DNA of 64,000 bases, taken from the IMG/VR virus record IMGVR_UViG_3300043399_000877, positions 124,001 through 188,000 of that record, one strand, 5' to 3'. Below, one piece after another: positions 19,401 through 28,497 of this stretch; position 1 is the stretch's first letter, and every line of letters begins with the position of its first letter. The translations under genes and the position numbers were made by a program. Below the pieces are notes generated by a model, which was not told where the DNA came from, ran no database searches, and worked only from the letters and a program-made list of their open reading frames with translations.

Positions 19401-19766
19401 TCTAGCATTCAATGTTCCCAAATCCAGAGGGGCTCTTACGACATAGGCTCTGTTGCTTACTCCCAGGTATGAGTAAGCTGCTTGCAATCCGTATTCGTTT
19501 TGCTCACCACCGTGGATTGGGTTGTTATTTGCATCTTTATAAAATATTGCATCACCAAAAGTTTCAGAAAGTTCTCTCTGACTTGTGATTGCATAAACTT
19601 TTCCTGCGTTTGCAGCAAGTGTACCGGGTGCAATTCCGGTATTTGAAGGATTTGGTTTATTCTGCTTTGTTGTTATAAAAATAAGAGGTGTGGTACCTGG
19701 TTCAGCAGGCGTATAGAAACTCTCATCTATAACGCTAACCTGTACACCTGGTGATTGTAATGCCAT
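16455..19766 (-). CDS. gp18: Tail sheath protein (gp18-like) with a large inserted region
   Basis: LQSPGVQVSVIDES, EYGLQAAYSYL, FNLIACPGYPE, PWFAPAGTRRG, GQKT, ALDRVNVARL, IEPVKAIEFIYI; GAGGAG SD favours ATG 19766. Confidence 0.95.
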   Translation of the reverse strand: MALQSPGVQVSVIDESFYTPAEPGTTPLIFITTKQNKPNPSNTGIAPGTLAANAGKVYAITSQRELSETFGDAIFYKDANNNPIHGGEQNEYGLQAAYSYLGVSNRAYVVRAPLDLGTLNARSEAPRGNPTAGTYWFDLQQSLFGIFSWNASSVAAGGQKFSNVEPIKITETARVVNFAGGDYTPRSDIGRVGSYAIVTVTNTPRLWYKNADLVWVEVGSEEWKASNPVVTGSVSSPSLAGLSNPALSLTFTTVGNAQIEYQVEVPGAETLATFVAQINSVMASAGTGFSAKVVNNRIALYNNGSGGWDAFALTGAPALLTALGLQAKTYYAPKLSIQTHTQVPEYKLTDVQPRPTGSIWIKTTTPNLGANWSIKLWNSTTLLWDSMTAPIYDNNHHAIYMLDRNRGGLGIPDGALYVQSNIGETLDPNKLATFKIFRRNGTGSTTVTSTPISTQFAVGTYQFRIKESRIGNQFLVDSGILSFTAVGNENDAATLAALINNSSLNNVSATVDGSNRLVVKHDQGGEMRFIEGANNPIEKIFTPYDPNNNASTVDFYVAAAEAGDGATYVATKWKVLNYVASVDAPSTVAEDGTLWYNSITDEVDILINNGTTWVGYKNYSLAYQDTNPLGPIVSATEPTQQSDGSPLAEGDLWIDNGDMENYPMIYRYSADLDKWVLVDKTDQTTENGIVFADARAGRNGGTATEEPTGSIVQLLTSNYLDPDAPDPSLYPKGMLLWNLRRSGFNVKRLVKNYINVGGRNSRFNNQFMSNYYPHRWVSEAANNVDGSGCFGRQSQRKVVVQSLQALVASNQDIRDDESRVFNLIACPGYPELIGEMISLNYDRGLSAFVIGDSPMRLKPNSSSIEAWASNLNQAVEDNDLGLVSRDEYLGVYYPSGYTTDNLGNNVVVPSSHIVLRTIALNDQVGYPWFAPAGTRRGGVTNASAVGYISDEGEFVSTALNEGQRDVLYLNGVNPITFLNGAGIVVYGQKTRARNASALDRVNVARLVVYLRSQLKKLAKPFIFEPNDKITRDEIKQQVESLMVELTGLRAIYDYLVVCDESNNTPSRIDRNELYVDIAIEPVKAIEFIYIPLRLKNTGEIAGL

Positions 19767-19854
19767 CGTCAATTCTCCTCATGGATTTATCATTCTTAGT
19801 ATTTAGTAGAATGTTGCCGAAATGAGCTTGAATGGACTAAAAAACTATAATATT

Positions 19855-20364
19855 TTATTTAGATAAGATATGGCTTACTAGGTCACAGGTGTTTTTCTTC
19901 AAGTCTGCAAGGTTGCCGTTGTTATCAATTATATAATCTGCCATCCATATTTGCAATGTCATACTTTTTGGATCTTCTGGTGGCAAATGATCACTACGGT
20001 CTACCCAAATGGCGTAGTCAAATACCCCAGTATTTCGCATTGCGTGAAATTCTTTTTTGTTTCTAAGACCGCAATAAATGTCATATTCTGCAAAAATTTC
20101 ACGACCGAGGCGAGCATGGTCGTCGTTACAATAATCGTGTATTATATTATACCATTCACTGCGATGATTATGACGATCGTCATAAGCTTCTTGATATGAT
20201 GAATAGTTGTATATGTCTTTTAACAGTGGATATACTAACTTTTCAGCACAAAAATGACTACTAGATCTAAAATTGTATCCATACTGTTCTTGTAAAATTT
20301 CACAAACAGTATCTTTTCCATGACGGCCGTGGCCAATAATTAACAATTTGGGCAATTTTTTCAT
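19855..20364 (-). CDS. Deoxynucleoside monophosphate kinase-like P-loop protein
   Basis: IIGHGRHGKDTV P-loop, GLRNKKEF, IWVDR, DYIIDNNG. Confidence 0.75.
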   Translation of the reverse strand: MKKLPKLLIIGHGRHGKDTVCEILQEQYGYNFRSSSHFCAEKLVYPLLKDIYNYSSYQEAYDDRHNHRSEWYNIIHDYCNDDHARLGREIFAEYDIYCGLRNKKEFHAMRNTGVFDYAIWVDRSDHLPPEDPKSMTLQIWMADYIIDNNGNLADLKKNTCDLVSHILSK

Positions 20365-20370
20365 ATGTTT

Positions 20371-20399
20371 ATATTAACATAATATTTTTGCAATGTCAA
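20371..20399 (-). promoter_or_regulatory. Sigma70-like extended -10 promoter, probably giving a leaderless mRNA
   Basis: TTGACA 20399-20394, 17 nt, TG-T-TAATAT 20379-20371, ATG 6 nt downstream with no SD. Confidence 0.6.
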
Positions 20400-21154
20400 C
20401 CAATAATAAATCCATATCCGCGACCACCAGCCACTTGCATTGCCAAATCGTTTTCAAGTTTTTCAAGTTCGTTTTGTGCTTCTGCTTTTAAATCTTGTCC
20501 ATTAAGTGATCCGCCGCCCTGTGGTCCAGCAATAGTTGGGAATTTGCCACGGGCTTCACCAAGCATAAATTTACATGTTGCAAGAGCATAATCACGTATC
20601 CACTGTTTTGCCAAATAATCAGTTAATAACTGAATGTCTGGGCGATAGTTATAAACGTACATAAGGACTTCTTCTTGGGCGTGTGGTCTTTGTAGTATAG
20701 TAAGTTTTTTGGTCGCAGCGTTCCACTTGAATTCTATAAAGCTACCAAACATTCTGCCTAGCAATTCTTGATATTGTGCAAACAATTCATATGTCAACAA
20801 ACCGCCCTGTTTTGTGCCGGCCATCAAATATGTGTTTGTATATGCCAAGTTAAATGGTTCAAACAGCGTTCCGCCTTCACCGCCTCCGGTTCTACTACCA
20901 ACACTGCGTCTAAAAAGCTGACGCACCTCTACAATTTCATTTGGTAGTATGTATTCGTTTTGATCTACTTCCAGTGGTAATACCACGTAGCTTTCTTCAA
21001 CACTGTTGTCGCTTCTCTGTCTAAACTTGCTAAGAGCGCGGTCCAGTGCTGTTTCATAGTGTATGGGATCCAGTTCCACATCAACCATTCCGCCACCCAA
21101 CATTGCGTGTATATAGTCAAATATTTTTTGTTTTTCAATTTGTAAGTTAGACAT
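20396..21154 (-). CDS. gp13: Neck protein / head-tail adaptor (gp13-like)
   Basis: LGGGMVDVEL, YILPNEIVEV, WIRDYALATCKFMLGEARGKF..I.GPQGG.SLNG..LK.EA. Confidence 0.85.
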   Translation of the reverse strand: MSNLQIEKQKIFDYIHAMLGGGMVDVELDPIHYETALDRALSKFRQRSDNSVEESYVVLPLEVDQNEYILPNEIVEVRQLFRRSVGSRTGGGEGGTLFEPFNLAYTNTYLMAGTKQGGLLTYELFAQYQELLGRMFGSFIEFKWNAATKKLTILQRPHAQEEVLMYVYNYRPDIQLLTDYLAKQWIRDYALATCKFMLGEARGKFPTIAGPQGGGSLNGQDLKAEAQNELEKLENDLAMQVAGGRGYGFIIG

Positions 21155-21170
21155 GTCGCCCTCCGTTGCA

Positions 21171-21189
21171 AGTATTTATTATAAATACT
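21171..21189. promoter_or_regulatory. Palindromic bidirectional late promoter
   Basis: AGTATTTAT-T-ATAAATACT gives TATAAATA on + and AATAAATA on -, between divergent gp13 and gp14. Confidence 0.75.
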
Positions 21190-21191
21190 GT

Positions 21192-22328
21192 ATGCCACGT
21201 ATATCTCTCTATAGACCAACAAAAAGTTCTGATTATTTTTTTATTGATCGAGTAATACTCGAGCAATTCACTGTTGGCGGAACTGATGTTATTGTACACA
21301 AATATCTTGGACCAAAAAACACTACACCAGAAGAAGCAACAGCAGATCAACCAGTGTATGATGTAATAAGCGAATCGAATATTCAAGATTTGCTGTTTTT
21401 GGAAAATAGGGATAGAAAGTATGATAAGGACGTATACGTAATACGTGGGGTATACTCAGTACAAGATCAAGACTTTGACTTAAGTCAGTTTGGTTTGTTT
21501 TTAACAAATGATATAATATTCCTAACAATTCACATAAACGGATCTGTTAAAACTTTGGGCAGAAAAATTATGGCTGGAGATGTTATTGAATTGCCGCATT
21601 TAAAAGATGATTATGCGTTAAATGACTACGATTTTGCATTAAAAAGATTTTATGTAGTCGAAGAAGTGAATCGTGCAAGTGAGGGTTTTAGCCAGACCTG
21701 GTATCCACACTTGTATAGACTCCGATTAAAACAACTGATAGATTCTCAGGAATACAAAGATATCTTGGGAGACAGACCTGGTCAAAGCACTTATGAAAAA
21801 GAACTACAAATTAATGATGCAATTATTGCACAAGCCGAGATCGATGCACTAAAGTCTGGGTATGATGTATCTCATTACTATACTTTGACAGTAAACCCAG
21901 ACGGTAGTGTCACGCTTGTAACAGTTGATACATCACAAGTCACTGCTGACGGTGGTGATTTTTCCTTTATAGTTAACAGTGGCGCACAAAATCGACCGGT
22001 TAAAGAAGGTTATACAGGCTACTTGTTGGGAACCAGTGAAGCCCCAAACGGAGCCCCGGTTGGCACTGGTATAAGTTTTCCTACAAACAAAACCTTGGGT
22101 GATTATTTTATAAGAACTGACTACATGCCACACAGAATGTTTAGGTATGATGGCGCAAAATGGACCCGTGTTAAAGATGATGTACGACTAACTATGACAC
22201 CTGGACCGGATAGAATGACCCAAAAAGGTACATTTATAAACAACACTGCCACTAACGTAATAGGTGGGGAAGTTGTTGAAGAGAGACAAAGTTTAAGCAA
22301 AGCTTTGAGACCCAAAGCTGACAACTAA
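21192..22328 (+). CDS. gp14: Neck protein / head closure (gp14-like)
   Basis: Start refined to MPRISLY; IQDLLFLENRDRKYD, FDLSQFGLFL, GDVIELPHL, FYVVEEV..ASEGFSQTWYPHLY. Confidence 0.8.
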   Translation: MPRISLYRPTKSSDYFFIDRVILEQFTVGGTDVIVHKYLGPKNTTPEEATADQPVYDVISESNIQDLLFLENRDRKYDKDVYVIRGVYSVQDQDFDLSQFGLFLTNDIIFLTIHINGSVKTLGRKIMAGDVIELPHLKDDYALNDYDFALKRFYVVEEVNRASEGFSQTWYPHLYRLRLKQLIDSQEYKDILGDRPGQSTYEKELQINDAIIAQAEIDALKSGYDVSHYYTLTVNPDGSVTLVTVDTSQVTADGGDFSFIVNSGAQNRPVKEGYTGYLLGTSEAPNGAPVGTGISFPTNKTLGDYFIRTDYMPHRMFRYDGAKWTRVKDDVRLTMTPGPDRMTQKGTFINNTATNVIGGEVVEERQSLSKALRPKADN

Positions 22329-22339
22329 GGATTAACACT

Positions 22340-24016
22340 GTGCTTCATTTTTACGACGGGCAAATACGAAGATATCTAACACAACTTATAAGAATGTTGA
22401 GTAATTTCAGCTACAAAGACGGTGATGGAGATTTAAGAAGAGTCCCAGTTATGTATGGTGACATCAGCAGACAGGTTGCAAACATTCTTAAAGAAAATAG
22501 CGAAAATAAATTACCAAGTGCACCTAGAATTGCAGTATACATAACCGGTTTAGATATAGATCGTGAACGTACTAGTGATAGTAGTTTTGTAAGCAAAGTT
22601 CACATACGCGAGCGAGCCTGGGATTCGACTAATCAAGAATACCAAAATATACAGGGAAAAAATTACACAGTTGAAAGACTCATGCCCACTCCGTATAAGA
22701 TGACTGTAAATGCTGACGTTTGGAGCACAAACACAGATCAAAAATTACAAATATTAGAACAAATTTTAATGTTATTTAACCCTAGTTTGGAAATACAAAC
22801 TACTGACAATTACGTTGATTGGGCAAGTTTAACAACTGTGGACTTGGATGCTGTTACATTTACTAATAGATCTATTCCGGTTGGAACAACAGATAATATA
22901 GATGTTGGTACGCTTACTTTTTCTACCCCGATATGGATTAGCCCACCCGCAAAAGTTAAAAAGATGGGCATCATAACTGACATTATAATGAACATTTTTA
23001 ATGAAGATACAGGTACTATAGATCTAGGATTGTCGACTCCCGAACTTAACAAATATGACGATTCACAAGCAGGAAGAGTTGACTACTCTCGTGGATCGCT
23101 TACTGAAACAACTGCCAACGTGCCGGGCGCAGCATACAACCAAAAAATTCTCATCGGTGAAGATTATAAGACTCGTGACGGACGAGATGTGAGAATATAT
23201 GCTGTAGATGCCGGAGCACCTAAACCAGTACACGGCTCATATTGGGATGAAACTTCCAATCTTTGGGTTATGGCAAGTTGGGATGCCTATGGCATATACG
23301 ATATAGAATCTGCAGATCCTGGAATACTTGATTTGGTATCAGTTAGATCACAAACAACAAATACTATTACTGAAACTCCCACCGCTGCCGAAGTTGTTGC
23401 TGTTAATTATCAACAATATGGCGTATATGTTGAAGGAGAAGAAGTTCAGTTAGTTAAAAACGGATCTAATAAAAAGCATAGTTGGCTCAACATTTTTAAT
23501 TCATATCCGGGAAGATATGTACCAGGAATAACTCGAATATTCCTATCAAGATTGGATTTGGATATTCTTATAACCGGAACTGTTACTTTAAAAAATACCG
23601 ACAACAGCAAATTAACAGTTGTGTGGGATACTGATACGTTCCCTTCAAATACAAGTATCGCTGGAAGAACCAATATAGAGTATGTAATTGACCCTAGTAG
23701 ATTTAATCCAATTTATGTGAAACAGCCGAATATGAGATTTTTACTAATAGGTGACATAGGATCAGAAGAAAACCAAGACGGGCCGCGAGCATGGAAACAG
23801 GCTAATGGAGATGACTTTACAGCATCAGAAAATGATATTATCGAATGGGACGGCAGCAACTGGAATCTAGTGTTTGACGCTAGTCAACAAACTGAACCAA
23901 CGTTTGTCACTAATCTAAACACCCGCGTTCAATATATGTGGACTGGTACGGAATGGATTGAAAGTATAAACGGTGATTATCCACCTGGCAGCTGGAGAAT
24001 AGAACTAGATGGATAA
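22340..24016 (+). CDS. gp15: Tail terminator / sheath stabilizer (gp15-like) with C-terminal extension
   Basis: FYDGQIRRYL.Q, RVPVMYGD, LPSAPRIA, PTPYKMT, KLQILEQILMLFNP. Confidence 0.85.
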   Translation: MLHFYDGQIRRYLTQLIRMLSNFSYKDGDGDLRRVPVMYGDISRQVANILKENSENKLPSAPRIAVYITGLDIDRERTSDSSFVSKVHIRERAWDSTNQEYQNIQGKNYTVERLMPTPYKMTVNADVWSTNTDQKLQILEQILMLFNPSLEIQTTDNYVDWASLTTVDLDAVTFTNRSIPVGTTDNIDVGTLTFSTPIWISPPAKVKKMGIITDIIMNIFNEDTGTIDLGLSTPELNKYDDSQAGRVDYSRGSLTETTANVPGAAYNQKILIGEDYKTRDGRDVRIYAVDAGAPKPVHGSYWDETSNLWVMASWDAYGIYDIESADPGILDLVSVRSQTTNTITETPTAAEVVAVNYQQYGVYVEGEEVQLVKNGSNKKHSWLNIFNSYPGRYVPGITRIFLSRLDLDILITGTVTLKNTDNSKLTVVWDTDTFPSNTSIAGRTNIEYVIDPSRFNPIYVKQPNMRFLLIGDIGSEENQDGPRAWKQANGDDFTASENDIIEWDGSNWNLVFDASQQTEPTFVTNLNTRVQYMWTGTEWIESINGDYPPGSWRIELDG

Positions 24017-24024
24017 GTATTTTT

Positions 24025-24459
24025 ATGAAAAAGATAATATGCAGTGGTGCCTTATTTTATGCACTAGATACTAACCGTTTTTTATTTTTACATAGGTCAC
24101 GAGGAAAACGTGCTGACCTTTGGGGCTTAGTGGGTGGAACCAACGAAGAAAGTGAAACTCCCTGGGATGGCTTGTGCCGAGAAATAACTGAAGAAATTGG
24201 TTCAATTCCTAAAATTAAAAAAACAATACCATTAGAAACATTTGTAAGTAATGACGACCATTTTAGTTTCCATACATATTTGTGCATAGTTGATAATGAG
24301 TTTTTACCAAAACTAAACGAAGAGCATGATGGGTATTGTTGGGTTACTTTTGGAAAGTGGCCCAAACCATTACATTCGGGCCTACAAAATACACTGAAAA
24401 GTCGTACTAATATTAAAAAATTAGAAACTGTAATTAAATTAATAAATTTAATTATCTAA
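24025..24459 (+). CDS. NUDIX hydrolase
   Basis: WGLVGGTNEESETPWDGLCREITEEIG Nudix box; LNEEHDGYCW. Confidence 0.9.
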   Translation: MKKIICSGALFYALDTNRFLFLHRSRGKRADLWGLVGGTNEESETPWDGLCREITEEIGSIPKIKKTIPLETFVSNDDHFSFHTYLCIVDNEFLPKLNEEHDGYCWVTFGKWPKPLHSGLQNTLKSRTNIKKLETVIKLINLII

Positions 24460-27400
24460 TTTTCTAAAATGATAGTCACCGTCGTGCTCGACTCGGCTAA
24501 AGTTTGACACCAACTCATAACCTATAGAGCGCATGTATTCGATTACCTCTTCTACTTTTGGTGCACCCTCATTATAATCAGTGTGCTGTGCTTCAAGTAT
24601 TATGTCTTTGCAATTGCTCAGTGTATATTCTGCGCCACGAAGCACATCCAACTCAGATCCTTGAATATCTAATTTTACCAAATCCGGCAGCGGCCAATTG
24701 TTGTATTTTACAACAGTGTCAAGAGTCCAGGCTGTTTTCATAACAACGTCATTTTCATCAAATCGTCCAGTGGTTTCTTTATAATAGGAATTACCGCCCG
24801 GTTCCCAAATATGTTGATAAAATTTTAATTCCTTTCCATCTTGATCCGAAAGTAATCCAATATAATAACTGTCTTGTGATTTTTCAAAATAAGGACGGCA
24901 TTCTTCCATAGCATCAAACAGGTAGTAATTTGAATCCGGCCAAACAGTCTTAGCATGCCGTGTCCAATGCAATACGCATGCACCTATGTCATATATTACC
25001 TTTGGTTTTATACCCATTGATCCCATAATTTTTAAATATCGACGATGATCTTCAGGCAAGCGATCTTCATGATATGCCATTTCTAATATTTGCTTTTGTT
25101 CCGCATATGGGTCTGGTTGTTGTAGAACCGGCTGTGGTTCCGGAAGTTCAACGGTATTTTTTACCAAAAACTTAGTTGCGCCGATGTGCTCGCATTTAAT
25201 CGATGGGTCTACCCAAACACTAAATCCGTTTTCCCTTGCTTTTCTGCAAAAATATATATCTTCAGAGATAGTATGACTGTGGTCAAGTGCAGAAGTGTAT
25301 ACAAAGTGTGGATATTCAAGTTTCCTAAAAACCTCCCCTTTTATTAAACAACACCCAAAACCACAACTTGCAATTTCAGTTATTTCTTTATTGTGCAATT
25401 CTTCATATGGTATGTTTGTAACACCACCAAACCCAGTATCTTTGTACACTTCGAGAACATGCAGGCCGGGAACACGCTGTATATATAAACCAGAAATTAT
25501 ATCTCGATCTGCATCTAGCATTTTTTTAAGTGTGTCTGCTGGCAATACTATGTCGCTATCAACACTAAACAGATAATCATACCTTTTTGCCCATTCAGCT
25601 ATTAGGTTTCTTATTTGATCTATTTGATAACCATAGAAAAATTGAAACTCAGTGGTATATCCTTCGGGTATTTCTAAATCATATATTGATTTAAAAGTTT
25701 CAGTCTCAATGTATTTGTTGGTAGGAACTGCTATAAGTATTTTTTTCATTTCTTTTCTTTGTACAATATTTTCAGAAAACGACGGAAGTAACTCATAATT
25801 TAATGTAGATGGGTCTTCCCATATTGTTGATTGTCTTATCCAACATATGGCAGGAGTGGGATCTGCTATCGCCAGAGGAACTGATGATTCCGTATCGCCC
25901 GGTTGATTAACTCTCATAAAATAAAAATTATCAATAGCTCGAGTTACACCGTTTTTATCAATCTCCGTTAATAAACTTTCGCATGTTCGCCATGTCAACG
26001 CATATGCGTGGGCGCCACTGTGCCTCGGAACATCAACAACTCGCGCAGGTGGGCCAGCTCGGGTGTAATCGTAAATACCGATATTTTTAAATTTATATCC
26101 AAGTGCTACTATTCTGTTATCCGGTATGGGTATGTCTACAGGATGCAACATTAGAGAATCGTGTTCAAGTACTATTGCGGTTTCACGATTTTCTAAAATA
26201 CGACGCCAAATTGCAAAATGGCTGGCTGTGGCACATGCAGCAATGTCATTTACATCTCCATTTATGGGTAAACCTGCAAATGCTTCTGCGGCAGTTTTGC
26301 CTTCTATTCCTTCAAAATATTCCCAAGCTAAACCAACACGCTCGCACGACTCGGCAGCAGCTTTTGCATATTCTATTGAATTTGAGTTTGACGTTCTTAA
26401 TATATATGCTTTGGAAGGTACATTACTGTTTTTATAACTCATATCTGCGTTACGATTTTGCTCTTCCCCGCGTACTTTGTAATCATTTAATGGATTTGCA
26501 TCATTATAGTAACACACTATTTCCTGATTGCAATATATTTTTTCCGGTTCCACTTGTTCTATTAACTCATAAAACAATGGATTATCGTGACCGGATCGCA
26601 TCCAATCACCACTGGGGTTTTTAAACTTATTCCAATTAACTGCTTTTATATATCTTCCCAATACTGTTCTCAAATGAGTATAGGGTATGCGCCAATTAAA
26701 CCAATGTGACCTGTAACTTTTATTCTTTTTAACCATGCTTGGGTACTCTTGAGCTATTAACGGTATATTGTCTATGACACTCCACATGCTACCGTATGTA
26801 AACTCATATCCCTGATTGTACAGGTCGTTATAATAATGAAATATTGTATTATTGTTGGCTAACCAATCATCCCCGTCGAGTAGAATTACAATGTCATCTT
26901 CGTTTACATATTCCTCGACTGCCGTTAATTGATTGTATATTGCGCCTTGATTTTGGATATTATCGATAACTTTAAATTTATCAGCGATACCGGGAGGCAA
27001 GCTGTTTATAGTTTTGACAGCTTCCGAATGTGAGTTGTCAGTCGAAGCATCATTAATTATAATATGGAGATAGTTATCATAATCCTGCTGTGCAACTGAA
27101 AGAATGTTTTTTCTAACATAACTCCCTGCGTTCCAGAATGGACTTACGACTACTATTCTTCGTTGTTTGCCATACGATCTGTACTGACGTTTAGCCGGAA
27201 AGTTGAGAACCCTACCAAAAACACCAGCAACTTTTTCGTTTATGCGAGACACTTTATGATATTCATCTACTGGTAAAAATTCACCACTTACACCATATAA
27301 AAATTGTTTCCATTGTAGCGCAACAGTATCCCATCCGGCTACATCTCGCACAACGTTGCAATAATTTTGCTTTTGCTGGAGTAAGTATCGATTATTGTAA

Positions 27401-28440
27401 GCACTTATTACTAGTTCAACAAATCTGTCTACCTGTGCGGCATTATCAATATGTGGAAATAAACCGTTTGGCTCGATCGCGTAGTCTAACAAGTAACAGG
27501 CTTGTTCGACAGCAGTTTCCTCTAATGCCCCAAATCGTGTTGTAATTACCGGTGTATTGTAAAGCAACGATTCAAGGCTGCTTATTCCAAAAGTTTCGGG
27601 AAAACTTCCGGGATAAATTGTAAAACTTGCATTGGCTAATATGCGAGCTATTTCATATTGAGGTATTACACCGGTAAATGTTACATCTAACTCTTTTAGA
27701 TCCGGTCGATCTGCAAGCTGAGAGACTACAACTTCTTGGCTATCTGGTTCAGCATTTTCTCTAAAACGATAAAAACCACCTATGATAGTTAAATGTGCAT
27801 CAGGTATTTGTTGTTTAACACGAGGCCATATTTGATTTACAAGCGGCAGCATACCCTTACTCATGCTCGCATTAAACACAAAGTGGTTTGGGTCTTTCAG
27901 AGATAGGTCCACTTCCGGTATGTGTTGGACTGCGCCGTTTCGTGTTTGGAATACAAAACGCTTTAGTACTTCAAAGTTACGCTTTTTACCATGATCACAG
28001 TTAAGGAAGTAGTCTGTGTGAAAGTCACTCAATGTAAACACATGATCAATGGTCCCGTTAAGCAACAGGTCTTCTACTATTTGGTCACCTTCGATAAAAG
28101 TATCATGCAACCAAAGTATTCGCTTTCCACAGTTTTGCACAAACGGGTGGGTATTGTGTTCAGACATTAACGGAATCACAGATCTTGAAGAAATAGCAAA
28201 ATCATATGTTTCTGTGTGGGCATGTGCATCACTGTTGTCAATATAACGTACTCCGTCATACACTCCGGGTCCAGAGTGTGTGGAGTCTCTACAATTGTTA
28301 AAAACCGTAACATCAAAACCCAACTGTGCAAGGTTTTTGGATATTAGTATTACTGCACTTTCGCTACCGCCTAGCCCGCGGCGTTCTAAGGTAGTCCCAT
28401 CATAGCAGAGACCCAGTTTGTCTATTATAACTATTCGCAT
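24448..28440 (-). CDS. Five-domain glycan-modifying enzyme: GT4-like + GT2 + GT25-like + GT2-like + FkbM-type methyltransferase
   Basis: GLGGSE, LWLHD and ETFGISSLESL (GT-B); VVSPFWNA, IINDASTD and LLDGDDW (GT2); YFEGIEG, CATASH and VLEHDS (GT25); IAVPT, SVDSD, CGFGC and SEDIYFC (GT2-like); YDIGAC and KLDIQGSELDVL (FkbM). Confidence 0.85.
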   Translation of the reverse strand: MRIVIIDKLGLCYDGTTLERRGLGGSESAVILISKNLAQLGFDVTVFNNCRDSTHSGPGVYDGVRYIDNSDAHAHTETYDFAISSRSVIPLMSEHNTHPFVQNCGKRILWLHDTFIEGDQIVEDLLLNGTIDHVFTLSDFHTDYFLNCDHGKKRNFEVLKRFVFQTRNGAVQHIPEVDLSLKDPNHFVFNASMSKGMLPLVNQIWPRVKQQIPDAHLTIIGGFYRFRENAEPDSQEVVVSQLADRPDLKELDVTFTGVIPQYEIARILANASFTIYPGSFPETFGISSLESLLYNTPVITTRFGALEETAVEQACYLLDYAIEPNGLFPHIDNAAQVDRFVELVISAYNNRYLLQQKQNYCNVVRDVAGWDTVALQWKQFLYGVSGEFLPVDEYHKVSRINEKVAGVFGRVLNFPAKRQYRSYGKQRRIVVVSPFWNAGSYVRKNILSVAQQDYDNYLHIIINDASTDNSHSEAVKTINSLPPGIADKFKVIDNIQNQGAIYNQLTAVEEYVNEDDIVILLDGDDWLANNNTIFHYYNDLYNQGYEFTYGSMWSVIDNIPLIAQEYPSMVKKNKSYRSHWFNWRIPYTHLRTVLGRYIKAVNWNKFKNPSGDWMRSGHDNPLFYELIEQVEPEKIYCNQEIVCYYNDANPLNDYKVRGEEQNRNADMSYKNSNVPSKAYILRTSNSNSIEYAKAAAESCERVGLAWEYFEGIEGKTAAEAFAGLPINGDVNDIAACATASHFAIWRRILENRETAIVLEHDSLMLHPVDIPIPDNRIVALGYKFKNIGIYDYTRAGPPARVVDVPRHSGAHAYALTWRTCESLLTEIDKNGVTRAIDNFYFMRVNQPGDTESSVPLAIADPTPAICWIRQSTIWEDPSTLNYELLPSFSENIVQRKEMKKILIAVPTNKYIETETFKSIYDLEIPEGYTTEFQFFYGYQIDQIRNLIAEWAKRYDYLFSVDSDIVLPADTLKKMLDADRDIISGLYIQRVPGLHVLEVYKDTGFGGVTNIPYEELHNKEITEIASCGFGCCLIKGEVFRKLEYPHFVYTSALDHSHTISEDIYFCRKARENGFSVWVDPSIKCEHIGATKFLVKNTVELPEPQPVLQQPDPYAEQKQILEMAYHEDRLPEDHRRYLKIMGSMGIKPKVIYDIGACVLHWTRHAKTVWPDSNYYLFDAMEECRPYFEKSQDSYYIGLLSDQDGKELKFYQHIWEPGGNSYYKETTGRFDENDVVMKTAWTLDTVVKYNNWPLPDLVKLDIQGSELDVLRGAEYTLSNCKDIILEAQHTDYNEGAPKVEEVIEYMRSIGYELVSNFSRVEHDGDYHFRKLDN

Positions 28441-28468
28441 ATATCAACCTATAAAAGCTAATATATTT

Positions 28469-28497
28469 AAATGGCAGGGGATTATTCCCCGCCATTT
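28469..28497 (-). terminator. Bulged hairpin at the fibre 1 stop codon
   Basis: AAATGGC-A-GGGGA / TCCCC-GCCATTT; a late-type TTAAATA motif overlaps its end. Confidence 0.5.
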
